Below, one piece after another: positions 39,684 to 54,273 of a stretch of 64,000 nucleotides of DNA (its first letter is position 1; every line of letters begins with the position of its first letter). The DNA is taken from NCBI RefSeq assembly GCF_009914755.1, contig NC_060926.1. The stretch is one strand, 5' to 3'. The stretch is from the human T2T-CHM13v2.0 reference genome, Homo sapiens. Below the pieces are notes generated by a model, which was not told where the DNA came from, did no database searches, and saw only the letters and a list, made by a program, of their open reading frames with translations. The position numbers and the translations under genes are program-made.

Positions 39684-41602
39684 AAAATAAAAGTATTATA
39701 TTAGAAATTATATTTACTTTTAATAATTTGTTTTAGAAAGGAATTAATGATTTACATTTTGTTTTTATGTTACGTTTTTAGATTTCCTTTTGTTTCAGGT
39801 GTTCAATCACAGACATACTGTTTTATAGGCAAAGCAAAGTGTTTTTTATTCATTAAACCCTTTTACTTCTCTAGTGCCTTTCTAAGCTTTTTTTAACCTA
39901 TTTTCCTCTTATTCTAAAATATATAAGGTTTAAGACAAAAACATAGATATTTTACCAGCTCTATGCATTTTGTTTTAATTAGGGAATACTTTGTTTTTAA
40001 AAACACGCTAAGGAGTACTAAAAGAAACCATAGCGTTGGATTCAAAACTGAAATAGGTCAACTTTGCTTTTATAATCACAGACAATGCAATTTAACATCA
40101 TCAATAACAACATGCTTTTTGCCTTTTCTTTCTACACTTTTGGCTACATATACTTTGAATGTATCTGCATATGCCAACAATTTTATAATATTATTTTTAA
40201 AACAGAGGCTAGAAAATAATACATATTTCTTCTAGTGCAATTGAAATTTGTTTGTAAATAATTATTATTCATACTTTAGAAAAGTTTTTTTTTAACTTTA
40301 AAACTCATTACTGTAAATCTTAAGCAACTTGTTAAGATTGTGGTAAAATTTTAGAAAACCTTTATTGTTATTTTTCATATATGTATGAACAACACTGTGC
40401 ATTTCAAAACTTTTGGCATAGTAACTTAAATGCTTTTGGCATCGGCAACTGTCTTTAATCCTTAAATTAAGTTTGTTCTTGAATTTTCATTACAGGATGA
40501 ACTACTATGATTTTATATTATGCTCATGGAGGTTAGTATCTTGGATCAAATCACTAAGAAACAAATACTTTCTAATGCTCACATATGATACAATTTCTTA
40601 TGAAAATACATGTCTTGCCTTTAGCAAATGTTTGCTTTTGGTATGATATAAAAGTTACTTTATTATAATTAACTTCCAAAAGTCAAAGTAATTCCTATTT
40701 AGGTTATTGTTAATTTTATCACTTCATTTCATATTTTCCATTACATTTTACTTATTTTTTGTCAGTTAGTTCTTTAATAAATAAATGTAAAAGTGAATGA
40801 GTAGGCTACCATTCATATAAATACAAGTCAGAATTCTTCAATGTCTTTCATTTTATTGAAATAGGCTAAATGTCTTGCCAAATTGTTCTTAAAATTTTTT
40901 GAACTCAGAGTCTTGAATGTTTTGCATTTCATTTAAATTTAAGTTTCTCATCCAATCTTTAAAAATATAGCTTAGAGCCTTTAAAATGTTGCTTCATGCA
41001 TATTGTAAGATTTGGAGAGCTTTATAACATGCAAACTATATCATTACATTTACTCATTAAAAAATCAACTTCAAGTGTGTTTAAAATTCTCCATCTATCA
41101 CTGAACTGAAAATAACACATAATTATTTCAAAATACCAAAGTAGTCAACAACTTAAGGAGCTGTGCATTTTTTTCAACAAGATTAAAGAAATGAGCTGTG
41201 CACAGCAAATATTCTGCATAAATAAGGTTTTAAAAGCACAACAGCTCTTCTACAAGACCTTTAAAAACAGCTTTTTTGTCATGTGTCTGGCAGTGAATAT
41301 TGTTCAAAAGCAGGTTACAGTAATTGAGAGCTTGCTTAACTTAGTGGAATCAAATCACAGAATTTTCTCTAATAAAAATTTTAGTTATTTCTTATAATAG
41401 GTAACAGTAGTTGTCAACTAATTAGTATTTTGTATAAATGGGCATTTTATTGTTTATTTTATTTGTTACATCAATTATTTTTTGAGCATTTTGCCATTAT
41501 TTTGATTAACTCTTTAGTACATTTGGGATGCATGAATCACTTTTTGAAAAATATTTAAGTTTTGCAAATGTTCATACCACAATACATCAGATTTAGCATT
41601 TA

Positions 41603-42428
41603 CAGGCAGTTCAGTTCCAGACCACCACAATAAAACAAGCACCACAATAAAGCAAGTCACACGTTTTAGTTTACTAGTACATATAAAATGTATATACACA
41701 TATATAACTTACAGTCATACATACTGTACTGTAGCTTATTAAGTATGCAATTGCATTATGTCTAAAATAAGTATACATCTTAATTAAAAAATCTGTTATT
41801 GCTAAAAAAAATGCTAATGATCATCTGAGCCTTCATCGGGTTGTAATCTTTTTGTTGGTGGAGGATTTTGCCTCTGTGTTGATGGCTGCTGACTAATCAG
41901 GGTGGTGGTTGCAGAAGCCAGAGATGGCTGTGGGAATTTCTTAAAATAAGACGATAATGAAGTTTGCCACACCAATTGATTTTTTCTTTCATTAAAGCTT
42001 TCTCTATAGGATGTGATGCTTTTTGGTAGCATTATACCCACAGTAGTGTTCCTTTCAAAATCGTAGTCAATCTTGTCAAACCCTGCTATTGCTTTATTAG
42101 CTAAGTTTATGAACTATTCTAAATGTTTTGTTATTATTTCAAGAATGTTCACAGCATCTTCACTCAGAGTAGATTTCACTTGAAGAAACCACTTTATTTG
42201 CTCATCTGAAAGAAGCTGTTCCTTATTCATTCAGGTTTTCTCCTGAGATTGTAGAAATTCAGTTACATCTTCAGGCTTCACTTCTAATTACAGTTCTCTT
42301 GCTATTTCTACCCCATCTGCAGTCCCTTCTTCCACTAAAGTCTTGAACCCTCTCAAAGTCATCCATAAAGGCTAGAATCGACCTCTTCCAAACTCTGGTG
42401 ATGTTGCTATTTTGACCTCTTCCTATGT
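41603..42428 (-). mobile_element. Tigger1 DNA transposon 3' fragment
   Basis: ORF 41814-42041 gives QTSLSSYFKKFPQPSLASATTTLISQQPSTQRQNPPPTKRL, the Tigger1 transposase C-terminus; TA+CAGGCA partial TIR at 41601-41608. Confidence 0.92.
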
Positions 42429-42929
42429 GTACTAGGACTTTATGCACTAAGACTAATTTGGGGGTCAGATTAAATTTGTCCTTTTTGGCTATTTTAAAGA
42501 CATTGAGGTACCATTGGAAATTTTGAGTAAAGGAGCAACATGTTCTGACTTATACTTTAAAAGTATAATTGTGGCCTATGAGGATGAAATTAAACTGTTG
42601 AGGAATTTAAAATAACTTATATACATGCCAGAAAAGAAAAAAAACTCTTTAAAGAAACACAGCAAAATTCAGCGACTAAAACTACAAAAATTCCAATGTC
42701 CAGCTTTCAATAAAAAAGTATTAGATACACAAAGAAGCAGAAAAACATAAGACATTTTGGACATGTTTTGTAAAATTAAACATACACTTTTCATAAAATC
42801 CAGCAATGTCATTTCTATGTACTTACTTAAAAGAAATTTAAATGTTATGTGTACACAAATTCTGTGTTCACTTATGTTAAATTTCTTTATTATCTCCAAA
42901 CCTGGGTGTATAAAAAACTGACCTGTTTT

Positions 42930-43787
42930 TGTAAGACCACTTCTGGCACCAAATGTGTATGTGTGTGTGTGTTTTCCATACCAAACAGTTATCTAATATT
43001 AGCTGGGTGTTTTATAATTAACTTTAATTTGGACACTACTTGGAGTTTGTCTCATATTCCACAAGTTACGGACTCAGTCCCACTACACTGTCCCCACTTC
43101 AGATGTTAATCACAGTACCCAGGTTTCCAGTACTTCTGACTAGCTACAAATCTAAAGTTTCCATTAGCCCCACCTCTGGTTCCATAATTTTCTAGTATGG
43201 CTCACTGAACTCAGAAAAAAAAAAAAAAAGAAAACAACTTGCTTATGTTTACTGTATTTTTTAATTAAAAAAAGAATACAACACAAGAACAGCCAGATGA
43301 AAGAGATGCATAGAGTAGGGTATAAGGGAAAGGGGTGCACAGAGATTCCATGCTCTCTTTGGACACTTCAGCTCCTAAATATGTTCACCAACTCAGATGC
43401 TTTCTAAATCCCTTCATTTAGGGTTTTTTTTAAATGAAGCTCTCATTACATAAGAATAATTGATTCAATAACAGGTCATTAGTGAATAACTCAATATTCA
43501 GTCCTCTTCTCTGGCCACAAGTCCAGGGGTGGGGCTGAAAGTTTCAATCCTGTAATCCCACGGTCTGTTCTCCTGGCAAACAGCCTCCATTCTGAAGCTA
43601 TCAAGGTACCACCAAGAGTCATTTTATTAGCGTAAAATGAGATATGATTGAAAAGAGCTTATGATGAGTAACGAAAGATGATTCTCTCACTTTCATTTCT
43701 AAGAAAACTTCAAAGGTTTTGGAAGCTTTGTGCCAGGAAACCAGAACAAAGATGAAATATATATTTCTTATTATATCAAAATAGCAC
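42930..43787 (-). mobile_element. MER21-family LTR inside an old L1M 3' end
   Basis: cacttctggcaccaaatgtg...ccccacttcagatg...ggggtggggctgaaagtttcaatcc...tatatttcttattatatcaaaatagcaca. Confidence 0.82.
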
Positions 43788-44699
43788 AATGATGTTTATC
43801 TTATGAATAAGTTATGACATTCTTACAATGATATACTATTCAGCAATAGATAACAATGAAATCCAGATACACACAACAATGTAAATTAATCTCAGAGCAA
43901 TTATTAAGTGGTAGTAAATTCAAATGGCTAGATACACACATATATGATTTTGAGATAGGTAATAACATATGGACGGAAAACAAATAGATAATTGCCAGAT
44001 CCTGGAGTAAAAGTAGTTGACTACAGCATGTAATGAAGGGACATTCTAAAAGGGATACAGCTGTAATACATCTTGATTTGGGTGGTAATTATGTGACTTC
44101 ACTGTTCTGTCAAAAATGTTAACTACAATAATAAAAAGAGCATTACTTGATGTAATGTATACCTCAAAAATTATAAAGAGGCAACATTATGTAAAACTTT
44201 AGATAAGTCCTTCAATAAAATGAGCAAGATCCTTGAAAAACTATGATCAAGACTAACCCAAAAACAGACAACATAAAGAACTTTATATCTACTATAGAAA
44301 TGTACCTATATGAAGAAAATTTAAATAAAAATAGGGAAACCTAATAAAGAGCTGTATTATGCCTATAGATTAAAAATTCCACCATAAAGAATAAAATTTT
44401 CCTAAGTTGATCTATCTATCTATCTATCAATCATCTACATAATAATTGTAATAAACTTCCAACATTGCTTTTTATGGAAACTGATAAAATAATTATAAAA
44501 GGGAAAACAAGCAGCAAGAATAAGGACCATGCTCATTAAAAATACAAGAAGGTACTTTCTCTTTCACTTAATTCCTATACAAAAGATGTGTAATTATTCA
44601 TGAATAGAAAAATGAAACAGAATAGAGAACAAAATGCAGACAAATAGAGATATGCAAATTTGACATATAAAAAATGGAGATAGAACTCTGGATAAATGA

Positions 44700-45063
44700 G
44701 TTTTTACACTGCTATAAAGAAATACCTGAGACTGGCCGATTTATAAAGGAAAAAGGTTTAACTGACTCACAGTTACGCATGGCTGGGGAAGCCTCAGGCA
44801 ACTTACAATCATGGCAGAAGGGGAAGCAGGTGTCTTCACAAGGCAGCAGGAGACAGAAGTGCAAACAGGGGAATGCCAGACACTTATAAAATCATCAGAT
44901 CTCATGAGAACTCACTGTCATGAGAACAGCATGGGGAAAACCACCCCCATGTCCAACCACCCCCCTCTCTAAAGACGTGGGGATTACAGGTCCCTCCTTT
45001 GACACATGGGGATTATAATTCAAGATGAGATTTTTGGTGGAGACACAGAGCCAAACCATATTA
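44700..45063 (-). mobile_element. THE1D/MST-like MaLR LTR
   Basis: cactgctataaagaaatacctgagactgg...catcagatctcatgagaactcact...gacacagagccaaaccatatta. Confidence 0.9.
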
Positions 45064-45064
45064 G

Positions 45065-46160
45065 GAGTGTTAATAAATTTATAAATATTTTTATTTTCAT
45101 AATATTTAAAAATAGCATTTAGTCACTATTTCACACACTACACAAAAATATTTTCTTGTTGAAATGAAGGCTTGAATATTAACAGCAAAGCTTCAGAATG
45201 ACAGAGTATTTTAAACAAGATACAAAACACATAAATCAATAATTTAAAAATAAATAAATTTGACACAAACTAAATTCAAAATGCCAGTTTATCAAAAATT
45301 CCCAAAAGAAAATGAGCAGACAATCCATAACCTGGACACAAAAGTATAGAATAAAAATAAAGTCGATTATTGGTTAATATCCTGAATTTTTAAAGAACTC
45401 CTAAAATTAATTTAAAAATATAGAAGTCCATGATTATAATGATCAAATGCATGTCCAAGAATTTCTGAGAAAGAAGAAAGGTTGGACAATAAATATAAAC
45501 AACAACAACAAAAAGGTCAACCATATTAGTATCATTGAAGTAAAAAATGAAAAAATGAGAAAATATTATTTAATCTTAACCAATTGGTCAAAATTTTGAA
45601 TGTCATAATTTTGAGTTTTGATGAGGATGTAAAATAACAAGATTTGTTATAGAAGGTTGAATCTCATTCCTAGATATTTACCTTAGAAAACTCTCACACG
45701 AACTCAATGAATAATTTTACCTACATTCATAGCAGCATTGACTATAAGAGTAAAAATCATAGAAATTCCCTAATTGAATATAATATCTTATTATAGGATA
45801 ATCATATAATAAAATACTCTGCATATGTGAAATTTAAAAACCACAACTATATGGAGTGACATAAATGAATTCCACAATATATATATTGTACCACAAAAGA
45901 AAGGCACAGAAAAATCCAAACAATATAATGTAATTTATACACATTTGAAAATTTCAAAAATTAAGTGTGAAATTCCTTATAATAAAGCCATAAACATTTT
46001 GAAAGCAAAGTATTACGGTAGTGGCAAAGTAGCATTTAACTGTAAAATTGAAAGACATAGGTAGTATTCTATTAGGCTAGTTTTTAGATACTTGTTCATT
46101 ATGAACTTTATAACTTATGTATCTTAAATCTGTAATTTTATATGAATCAAATGTTTTAAA
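45065..46160 (+). mobile_element. Old L1ME ORF2/3' fragments
   Basis: A-rich degenerate L1 motifs (tttcacacactacacaaaaat, attcatagcagcattgactataagag). Confidence 0.6.
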
Positions 46161-46936
46161 TAATAAATTTTAAAATTAACTGACATATTTGTATATAAAT
46201 AATATATAATAAATTTTGCTCAGTAATAATCATTTAGCTCTATAGATAACAGTCGAGATTGCTTACTTGACTTAATACTTTAGAAAGCAGAGTAGAACTT
46301 AGAATGTATAAAATAAGTAAATATGTTAAAGTAATCAAAGAAAGCATGAGCATTCATTTAATCACATAAGGAAAGTATTTTGTTATTTGACAGTGGTTTT
46401 CATTAATGCTAACTTGAGAATGCTGCAGAAGTCACACATCTGTTCTTTGCAAATGAATTTACTACCAAACCCAAGAAAAAAATTATATTTAAAAATGCCA
46501 GTTTATAAAACTGAATGAAATCTTATATATAAATATATACTTTTATTTTTAACCTAAAATTTTGATTCTCTCAATTCTTTGCAATTTAATGTTCTAGTTC
46601 AAGGTAGTTGTATTCAAAAAGTACTTTAAAATTTGATAAAATTTAGAGTTTGAAGTTAAACTATTATGACACATTCATTGAACATAAAATAAAGGACACA
46701 TAGGTATGCATCACTTTTTAGAAGACAGTTACTACATAGATCCCACAATCAAAAGGAGGGGATTTTACAAAAGCAAAAACACTAGGAAGAGTAGATCTTT
46801 GTATGGTACCAGAGAGGATCTGTTCAACTGGGAAGTTTTTATATATTTCAGACCAATACATTTAACTACTTAGAAATAAGCACAAAATCCTTGAAAACTT
46901 CCAAATACTTTATATATGTTAAAAAATTAAATTTGT

Positions 46937-47250
46937 GGGACAGGTGCAATGGTTCATGCCTATAATCTCAGGACTTTGCGAGATTGAGGCAGGAGGGTCA
47001 CTTGAGGCCAGGAGTTTGAGACCAGGTCAACACAGTGAGAACCTATCTCTATAAAACAATTACCAAAATTAGCTGGGTTCTAGCTAGTCAGGAGGATCAC
47101 TTGAGCCCAGGAGTCCTAGCTACTCAGAAGGCGGAGGCAGGAGGAGTGCTTGAATTCAGGAGTTTGAGGCTGCAATGAGCTGTGACTACACTACTGCGCT
47201 CCAGACAGGGTAAGAGTGAGACCCTATTTCTAAAAAAAGAAAAGAAAAAA
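46937..47250 (+). mobile_element. AluJ with rearranged right arm
   Basis: Old Alu dimer; extra ctagctagtcaggaggatcacttgagcccagga block before a second ctagctactcag. Confidence 0.88.
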
Positions 47251-47504
47251 ATTGCAATTCAAATTTTTTCTCAAAGAACATTCTAGTCTTAGATGACTTC
47301 ATTGGTGAATTTTATCAAACATTCAAAGATGAAATAATATAAGCCTTGTGAAAATTCTTTTCAGTAAGAGGCCAGTATAACCATAATATCATGACTGTAC
47401 ACAACATTACAAGGAAAGAAAAAGAACAACATTTTTTATTAACAGTGTTTCAAAATTTCTTAAGAGAATCATAGCAAAATTAAATCAATAGTATATTGCA
47501 CAAG

Positions 47505-48030
47505 TTTTAGCTTTCTCTTCAAAGGATTGATAATTAAGTATGCAGAAATAAACTGGCAAGAGACAAATTAACAGGAGAGAGGGCATACAAAATGTATTAA
47601 TGTTCAAGTGCACAGGAGTCATGCAACGTATAAAACTGAAAGAAGGGCCAGATGGTTGAAGCTTAAATACCCTATTCATAGGGGAGAGGGAAATGAGGGA
47701 TGTAGGCAATTTTCTCAGAAGAGTAAATTATTTTTAAGGGAGATGAATGAGAAAAGAACAGAGAATAGCCTGGGATTAAGTTCCTCTGGGGCCTAGGTGT
47801 GGTGTTAACTCTAGTATTCTATCCTGTAAATTAATCTTCTCTGTTTGATGAAATTATAGGGAGGTGGCCTAGGACAATTTTATTCCTTCTGGATGAATGT
47901 CCCTTATTTACAAAGGAAAGAGAGAGTTGTGTGTTGGGAGCAAGGGAGGGGGTTTGGTTCTTCCTTAGTTAAAATCACTCAACATAACAAAGCACTACAA
48001 TTTGGAGCATTCTTTTCAGAGTCCTGACAA
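47505..48030 (-). mobile_element. MER34-group ERV1 LTR
   Basis: agacaaattaacaggagagagggcatacaaaatgtattaat...gaagcttaaatacc...cttagttaaaatcactcaacataacaaagcac...cagagtcctgaca. Confidence 0.75.
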
Positions 48031-48096
48031 TATCATTAAATATTATTTATCCCACTAACACAAGGTTGCTTCAATATGTTTAAAAAATCAGTCAAT

Positions 48097-48630
48097 AGAG
48101 GAAGATATAGATCTTCCTTATGGAAGAAATCTGAGCAATTCATGAGGCCCTTAGTCCCCAAGGAGGCAGAGCATAACCCTCACATCTTCAGCATGAGCTG
48201 CACATAATGCCTTCTTTCTAAAGTGTGAAATGTGTAAAGCGGAGCAAATAGATAACTTTTCGGTTGAGAAATATGACTGAACTACCTTAGTCAGACAATC
48301 ATGGTCAACATCCCAACATCCACACTGCTAATTATGTTGGTGGTATGTACTCTTGAAATTACAGGATGAAAATGGTACCTAACCTATGTGGTGTGGTGTT
48401 CCTTCTCAAAACTCATACTCTGGCCAAAACAGGAGAAGAACATTGGCACATTCCAATTAGGGTGATTTTACAAAATGCCTGTCCAATATATTTCAAAACT
48501 GTCAACATCATTATAAACAAGAGAAGTCTGACAAACTGTTCCAGCAAAAAGGAGCTGAAGCAGACATGATAACTAAATGCAATATGGTATTCTAGATGGG
48601 ATCCTGCAACATAAAATGATATTAAAAGTG
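48097..48630 (+). mobile_element. L1MC/MD 3'UTR fragment
   Basis: Similar to 37870-38370 (aaaactgtcaa...ataactaaatgcaatatggtattctagatgggatcctg). Confidence 0.7.
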
Positions 48631-51010
48631 TGCTTAGGATGTCACCAAAATGATGGAGTAGGAACAATCTGGCATCAGTCTCCCTAACAGAAAACCAAAA
48701 CAGTAACAAGATTATAACCAGAAATATCACAGAATTATAATTTGACACTGGGAAAATCTGAGGGGCCACAAAGAAGTGAGAAACCACTAGCAAAAGGAAA
48801 GAGAAATGGACCTCTCTAATCAGAACAACCCTCCCCAACTCTGCCAGGTCCAGTGGAGGAAAGTTCCCCCAGATTCATGATTTCTACACTGGAAAAAGTA
48901 AGATCAAGGTGGAAAGTCAGGTTTCCTATCATCTTGGGTTGCTTCACTTGAGAACCATCTTTGACTTACCACATGGGAAGCATTGCAAGTGTATGTAGAT
49001 GAAAACTTCTGAGGGCAGCTAGAGACGAATAGTGGAAGTGAGGCTAGAATCAGCCAGTGTGTAAAACTTGGTGAGCTGCTTTTCATCTCAAGTAAAGGGA
49101 ATACCAAATCAGAGTGGCTGTTCCGCAGCACACTGCAGGAGCTGTGCTTCATGGGTCCTCTGGGCACAAAGCCTTGGCCAGCCTTTCCACACAGCTGGAA
49201 TATTCCCTTTGGAATTCCCCCAAACCATCTGGGACAACAACGTTCCAAACTTAATTTAGGGCTGTGGCAAATCTGCACTAAGGATGTCATCTAGCAACAA
49301 AAAGAAAAAAACAGGGAAGTATGACCTCCCCAAATGGACAAAACAAAAGCCAGTGAGTGACCCCGATGAAATGGTAATGTGAGAGCTCTCAGAACAATAA
49401 TTCAAAATAGCATTTTGAGAAAACTCAGCAAATTTCAAGATAACACAATAAATCAATTTAGAAATTTCTCAGAGAAATTTAACAAAGAGATTAAAAAATA
49501 AAATTAATCAAACATACACCCTGGAGTTGAGAAATGCAATAGCCATACTGAAAAGTGCATTGGAGGGATGGCTCGCAACAGCAGAAGAAAAGAATCTGTG
49601 AGTTTGAAGGCTGATTATTTAAAAATATACAGTTGTGGAAGAAAAAAGAAAAAGAATGAAAATGAACAAAGAATGCTTGCAATATCTAGAGTATAACCTC
49701 AGAAAAACAAATATATGCTACTGACTTTCAAGAGAGAGTTGAAAAAAATCAAGGAGTAAAAAAGTTATTCAAACAAACAATAACAGAAAACATTCCAAAT
49801 ACAGAAAAAGATCTAAATATCCAGGTACAGAAGGTTAAAGATCATCAAAGAAATTCATTTAAAGTAAGACTATTTCAAGGCATAAAATAACCAGACTCTC
49901 AAAGGTTAAGGACAAACAAAAGATCCTAAAAGCAGCAAGAGAAAGGAAGTAAATAAAATATAAAGGAGACTCAATTCATTTGGCAACAGACTTCTCCATG
50001 AAAACTATACAAGCCATAAGGGAGCAGAGATAACATATTCAAAGTGCTGAAGAAGAAAAAAAAAATTGCCACCCTAGAATATTGTGCTCAGCAAAGCTAT
50101 CTTTAAAACATGATGTACAGATACTTTCCAAACAAACAAACAAACAAACAAAAAAAAAACAAAAAAAGCTGAGGGAATTCATCACCACTAGACTTTTCTT
50201 ACAAGTAATACAAAAAGGAGTTATTTACTGTGAAACAAAAGAATGATAATTTGCAACTAGAAAATATCTGAAGGTATGAAACTCACTAGTAAAAGTAAGT
50301 ACAGACAAATTCAGAATACTTTAATAGTGTATTTATGGTATACAAACCACTTATATATTTAATATGAATAATAAAAACTAACAAAAATCATAATGACAAC
50401 AATTTGTTATGAGATAGGATATACAAAAAGGTATAAATTGAGACAGCAAAAAGTGAAAATTAAGAGCGGAAAAAGTTAAAGCATAGGGTTTTTTACTTTT
50501 CTCTTTGTTTCTTTTCTTTTTATGATCAAAGTTAAATTGTCATAAGGTTAAAATAACTTGCTATAATATTAAGATTTTTTTTCTAAGCCTCATGGTAACC
50601 AAAAAGCTAAAACAGATACACTAAAAATAAAAAGAGGATTTAAAACATACTACCAGAGAAAATTACATAACTACAAAGGAAGACATGTAATGAAATAAAA
50701 AAGAAAGAGAGTAGTCACAAAACAACCATTTAAAAAGTAACAAGATGCTAGTTCATCCTTACCTATTAATAATTGAGTGTAAGATGACTAAGTTCTCCAA
50801 AAGAAGAAATTATGTCTTAATGGATTAAAAACAAGACCCCAAGTATATAGGTCTTTTCTTGTTTTTCATCCATTCAGAGTTTCCTACAAGAAACACCTCT
50901 CCTATAAAGATATACATAGACTAAAATTAGGCTGGAAAAAGATATCCATGCACGTAGAAACCAAAAAAGATCAAAATGAGCAACGCATATATCACATAAA
51001 ACAGACTTCA

Positions 51011-51397
<387 letters not shown>

Positions 51398-53173
51398 TTA
51401 TTATATAGTGATAAAGGGGTCAATTCAGCAAGAAGACATAACAATTGTCGTAAATATGTATACATACATACATACACACATATATAAAACAAATATTAAT
51501 AGATCCGAAGGGAGAGATAAAATGCAATAAAATAATAGTAGAGGACTTAAATACTCCACTTTCATCAAAGGACAAATCATCAGACAGAAAATCAACAAAT
51601 AAATAATGGAGTTTAACTGCACTCTAGACCCAATGGATCTAACAGACATTTACAAAATTCTTTATTTAATTGCTATAGAATATAGATTCTTCTCATCAGC
51701 ATATGGAACATTCTCCAAGATAGATGATATATTAATTTACAAAACAAGTTTCAACAAATTTCAAAAAATCAAAATCATATTAAATATCTTTTATTACCAC
51801 AATGAAATAAAAGTACAATTTAGTAATGAAATCAACTTCGTAAACTATGAAAACACATGGAAATCAAACAAGGTGTTCCTGAAAAATCAATGGGTCAATA
51901 AAGAAATTAAGACGGAAATTTGAAAAGTTCTCAAAACACATAAAAATGAACATACCACATACCCCAAAGCAATGCAAACAGGACAGATGATAGCAATAAA
52001 TGCTTACATCAAAAAAGTAGAAAGACTTCAAATAAACTACCCAACAATGAACCTCAAAAAATTAGAGATCCACAAAAAGAAACCCAAATTAGTGGGAGGA
52101 AAAAAATAATAAAGATCAGACCAGAAATATAGAAAGTAGAGACTAAAAAATAAAAGATCAACAAAATCAAAAGTTAGTTTTTTGGAAAGATAAATAAAAT
52201 TGACAAACCTTTAGCTAGTCTAAGAAAAAAGAGAGAAGGCCCAAATAAACAAAATCACAGATGAAAAAGGAGACATTACATGCAGTACTACAGAAATACA
52301 AAGAATCATTGGAGAATACTATACGCAACTATACATCAACAAATAAGAAAACCCGGAAGAAAGGAATAAATTCCTGAACACACACAACCTACCAAGACTG
52401 AACCAAGAAGAAAGAGAAAGTCTAAACAGGCCCAATAATGGGAAACAAGATGAAAGCAATAATAAGTCTCTCACCAGTGAAAAGCCTGGGACCTGATAGC
52501 TTCACTGCTGAAACTTAAGAATTAATAACAGTTCTACTAAAACAATTTCAAAACAAAAGAAAGGAAAGGAAAACTTCTAAACTTATTATATAAGACCAGC
52601 ATTATCATTATACAAAAACCAGACAACAATATAATTAAAAAAGAAAACTCCAGGCCAATATTTTTGGTGAAAATAAATGCAGAAATCTTCAAAAAAGAAA
52701 ATACTAGCAAACAAAATTCAACAGCACATCAAGAAGATAATACATGACAGTCGAGTATGATTTATCCCAGGGAGGCAAGGATGATTCAATATAAGCAAAT
52801 AAATAAACATGATACATCACATTAACAAAATGAAAGACAAAAAACCATATGACCATATCAGTACATGCTGAAAAAGCATTCTATAAAATTCAACATCTCT
52901 TCAGGACAAAAACTCTCAACAAACTAGGTATAGAAGGAACATACCTCATAACAAGTCCATATAGGGCAAACCCTCAGCCAGTACCATACTAAATAGAGAA
53001 AAAAATAAAGTATTTCCTCTACTACCTAGAAGAAGACAATGATGCCCATTTTCACTACTGTTATTTAACATTGTATCAAAAGCCCTATAAAGAGAAATCG
53101 GGAAAGACAGAAAAAAAATTAAAGGCATTTAAATTGGAAATAAGTCAAATTGATGTTGTTTGCAGATGACATC

Positions 53174-53364
53174 TTTTTTTATTTAACATTTATTTTAAGT
53201 TCAGGGTACATGTTCAGGTTTGTTATATAGGTAAACTTGTGTCATGGGGGTTTGTTGTAAAGATTATTTTGTCACCCAGGTATTAAACCTAGTACCCATT
53301 AGTTATTTTTCCTGATCTTCTCCCTCCACCCACCCTTCACCCTACGATAAGCCCCAGTGTGTGG
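53174..53364 (-). mobile_element. L1PA (PA13-like) 3' end inserted antisense in the older L1
   Basis: ttttattttaagttcagggtacatg...ggtttgttatataggtaaacttgtgtcatgggggtttgttgt...ccccagtgtgtg. Confidence 0.88.
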
Positions 53365-53887
53365 ATATTATATTACATTTAGAAAAACTTAAAACCTTGA
53401 CCAAAAAGGTGTCAGAACAGAAAAACTAAGTCACTAAACTTGCAGGATACAAAATCAACATACAAATATTACTGCTACTTCTATAGACTATCAGTGAATA
53501 ATCTGAAAGGGGAATAAAGGAACAATATCATTTATACTAGTTACAAAAAATTTAAAAGATGTTGGAATAAATGTAATCAAAGAAGTAAAAGCCTTCGACA
53601 ATAAAAACTATAAACACTGATGAAAGAAAGTGAAGAGGACATGAAACATGGAAAGATATCTCATGTTCATGGATTGGAATAATTAATTTTGTTAAAATGT
53701 CCATTCTTAACCCAATGCAATCTACAGGTTCGACACAATCTTTATCAAAATATCAATGACATTCTTCACAGAAATAGAAAAAAGCAATCCTAAAATTTGT
53801 ACAGAGCCATGAAAGACCCTGAATAGCCAAATCAATACAGAGCAAAAAGAACAAAGCTGGGGCATCATGCAACCTGATTTCAAAGTA

Positions 53888-54273
53888 CAGTTGATCCTTT
53901 AACAACTGTTCAGGTCCACTTATATCTGAATTTTCTTCTGTTGCTGTCACCTATAAGACAGCAAGACCAACTGCTCATATTTTTCTTCCTTCTCTCCTTA
54001 CTCAATGTAAATACAACAAGAATACTTTTATGATGATCCACTTAAGGAATAGTAACTATATTTTCTCTTCCTTGTGATTCTTAATAACTTATTGTAAAAA
54101 TGCAATATATAATATATAACATATATGCTAATACATTATTTATGTTATTTATAAGGCTTCTGGTCAATAGTAGGCTATTCCTAGTTAAGTTTTTGGGAAG
54201 TCAAAAATATAATAATTTTCAAGTGTGTGGGAATTGGCACTTCTAACTCCCTGTGTTGTTCAAGATTCAACTG
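53888..54273. mobile_element. Tigger2a (MER28)-type MITE
   Basis: TIRs CAGTTGATCCTTTAACAAC / GTTGTTCAAGATTCAACTG with TA target duplication on both sides. Confidence 0.9.

Noticed and set aside
41814-42041. TIGD1-like domesticated transposase
   Set aside because: Only a decayed 3' Tigger1 fragment.
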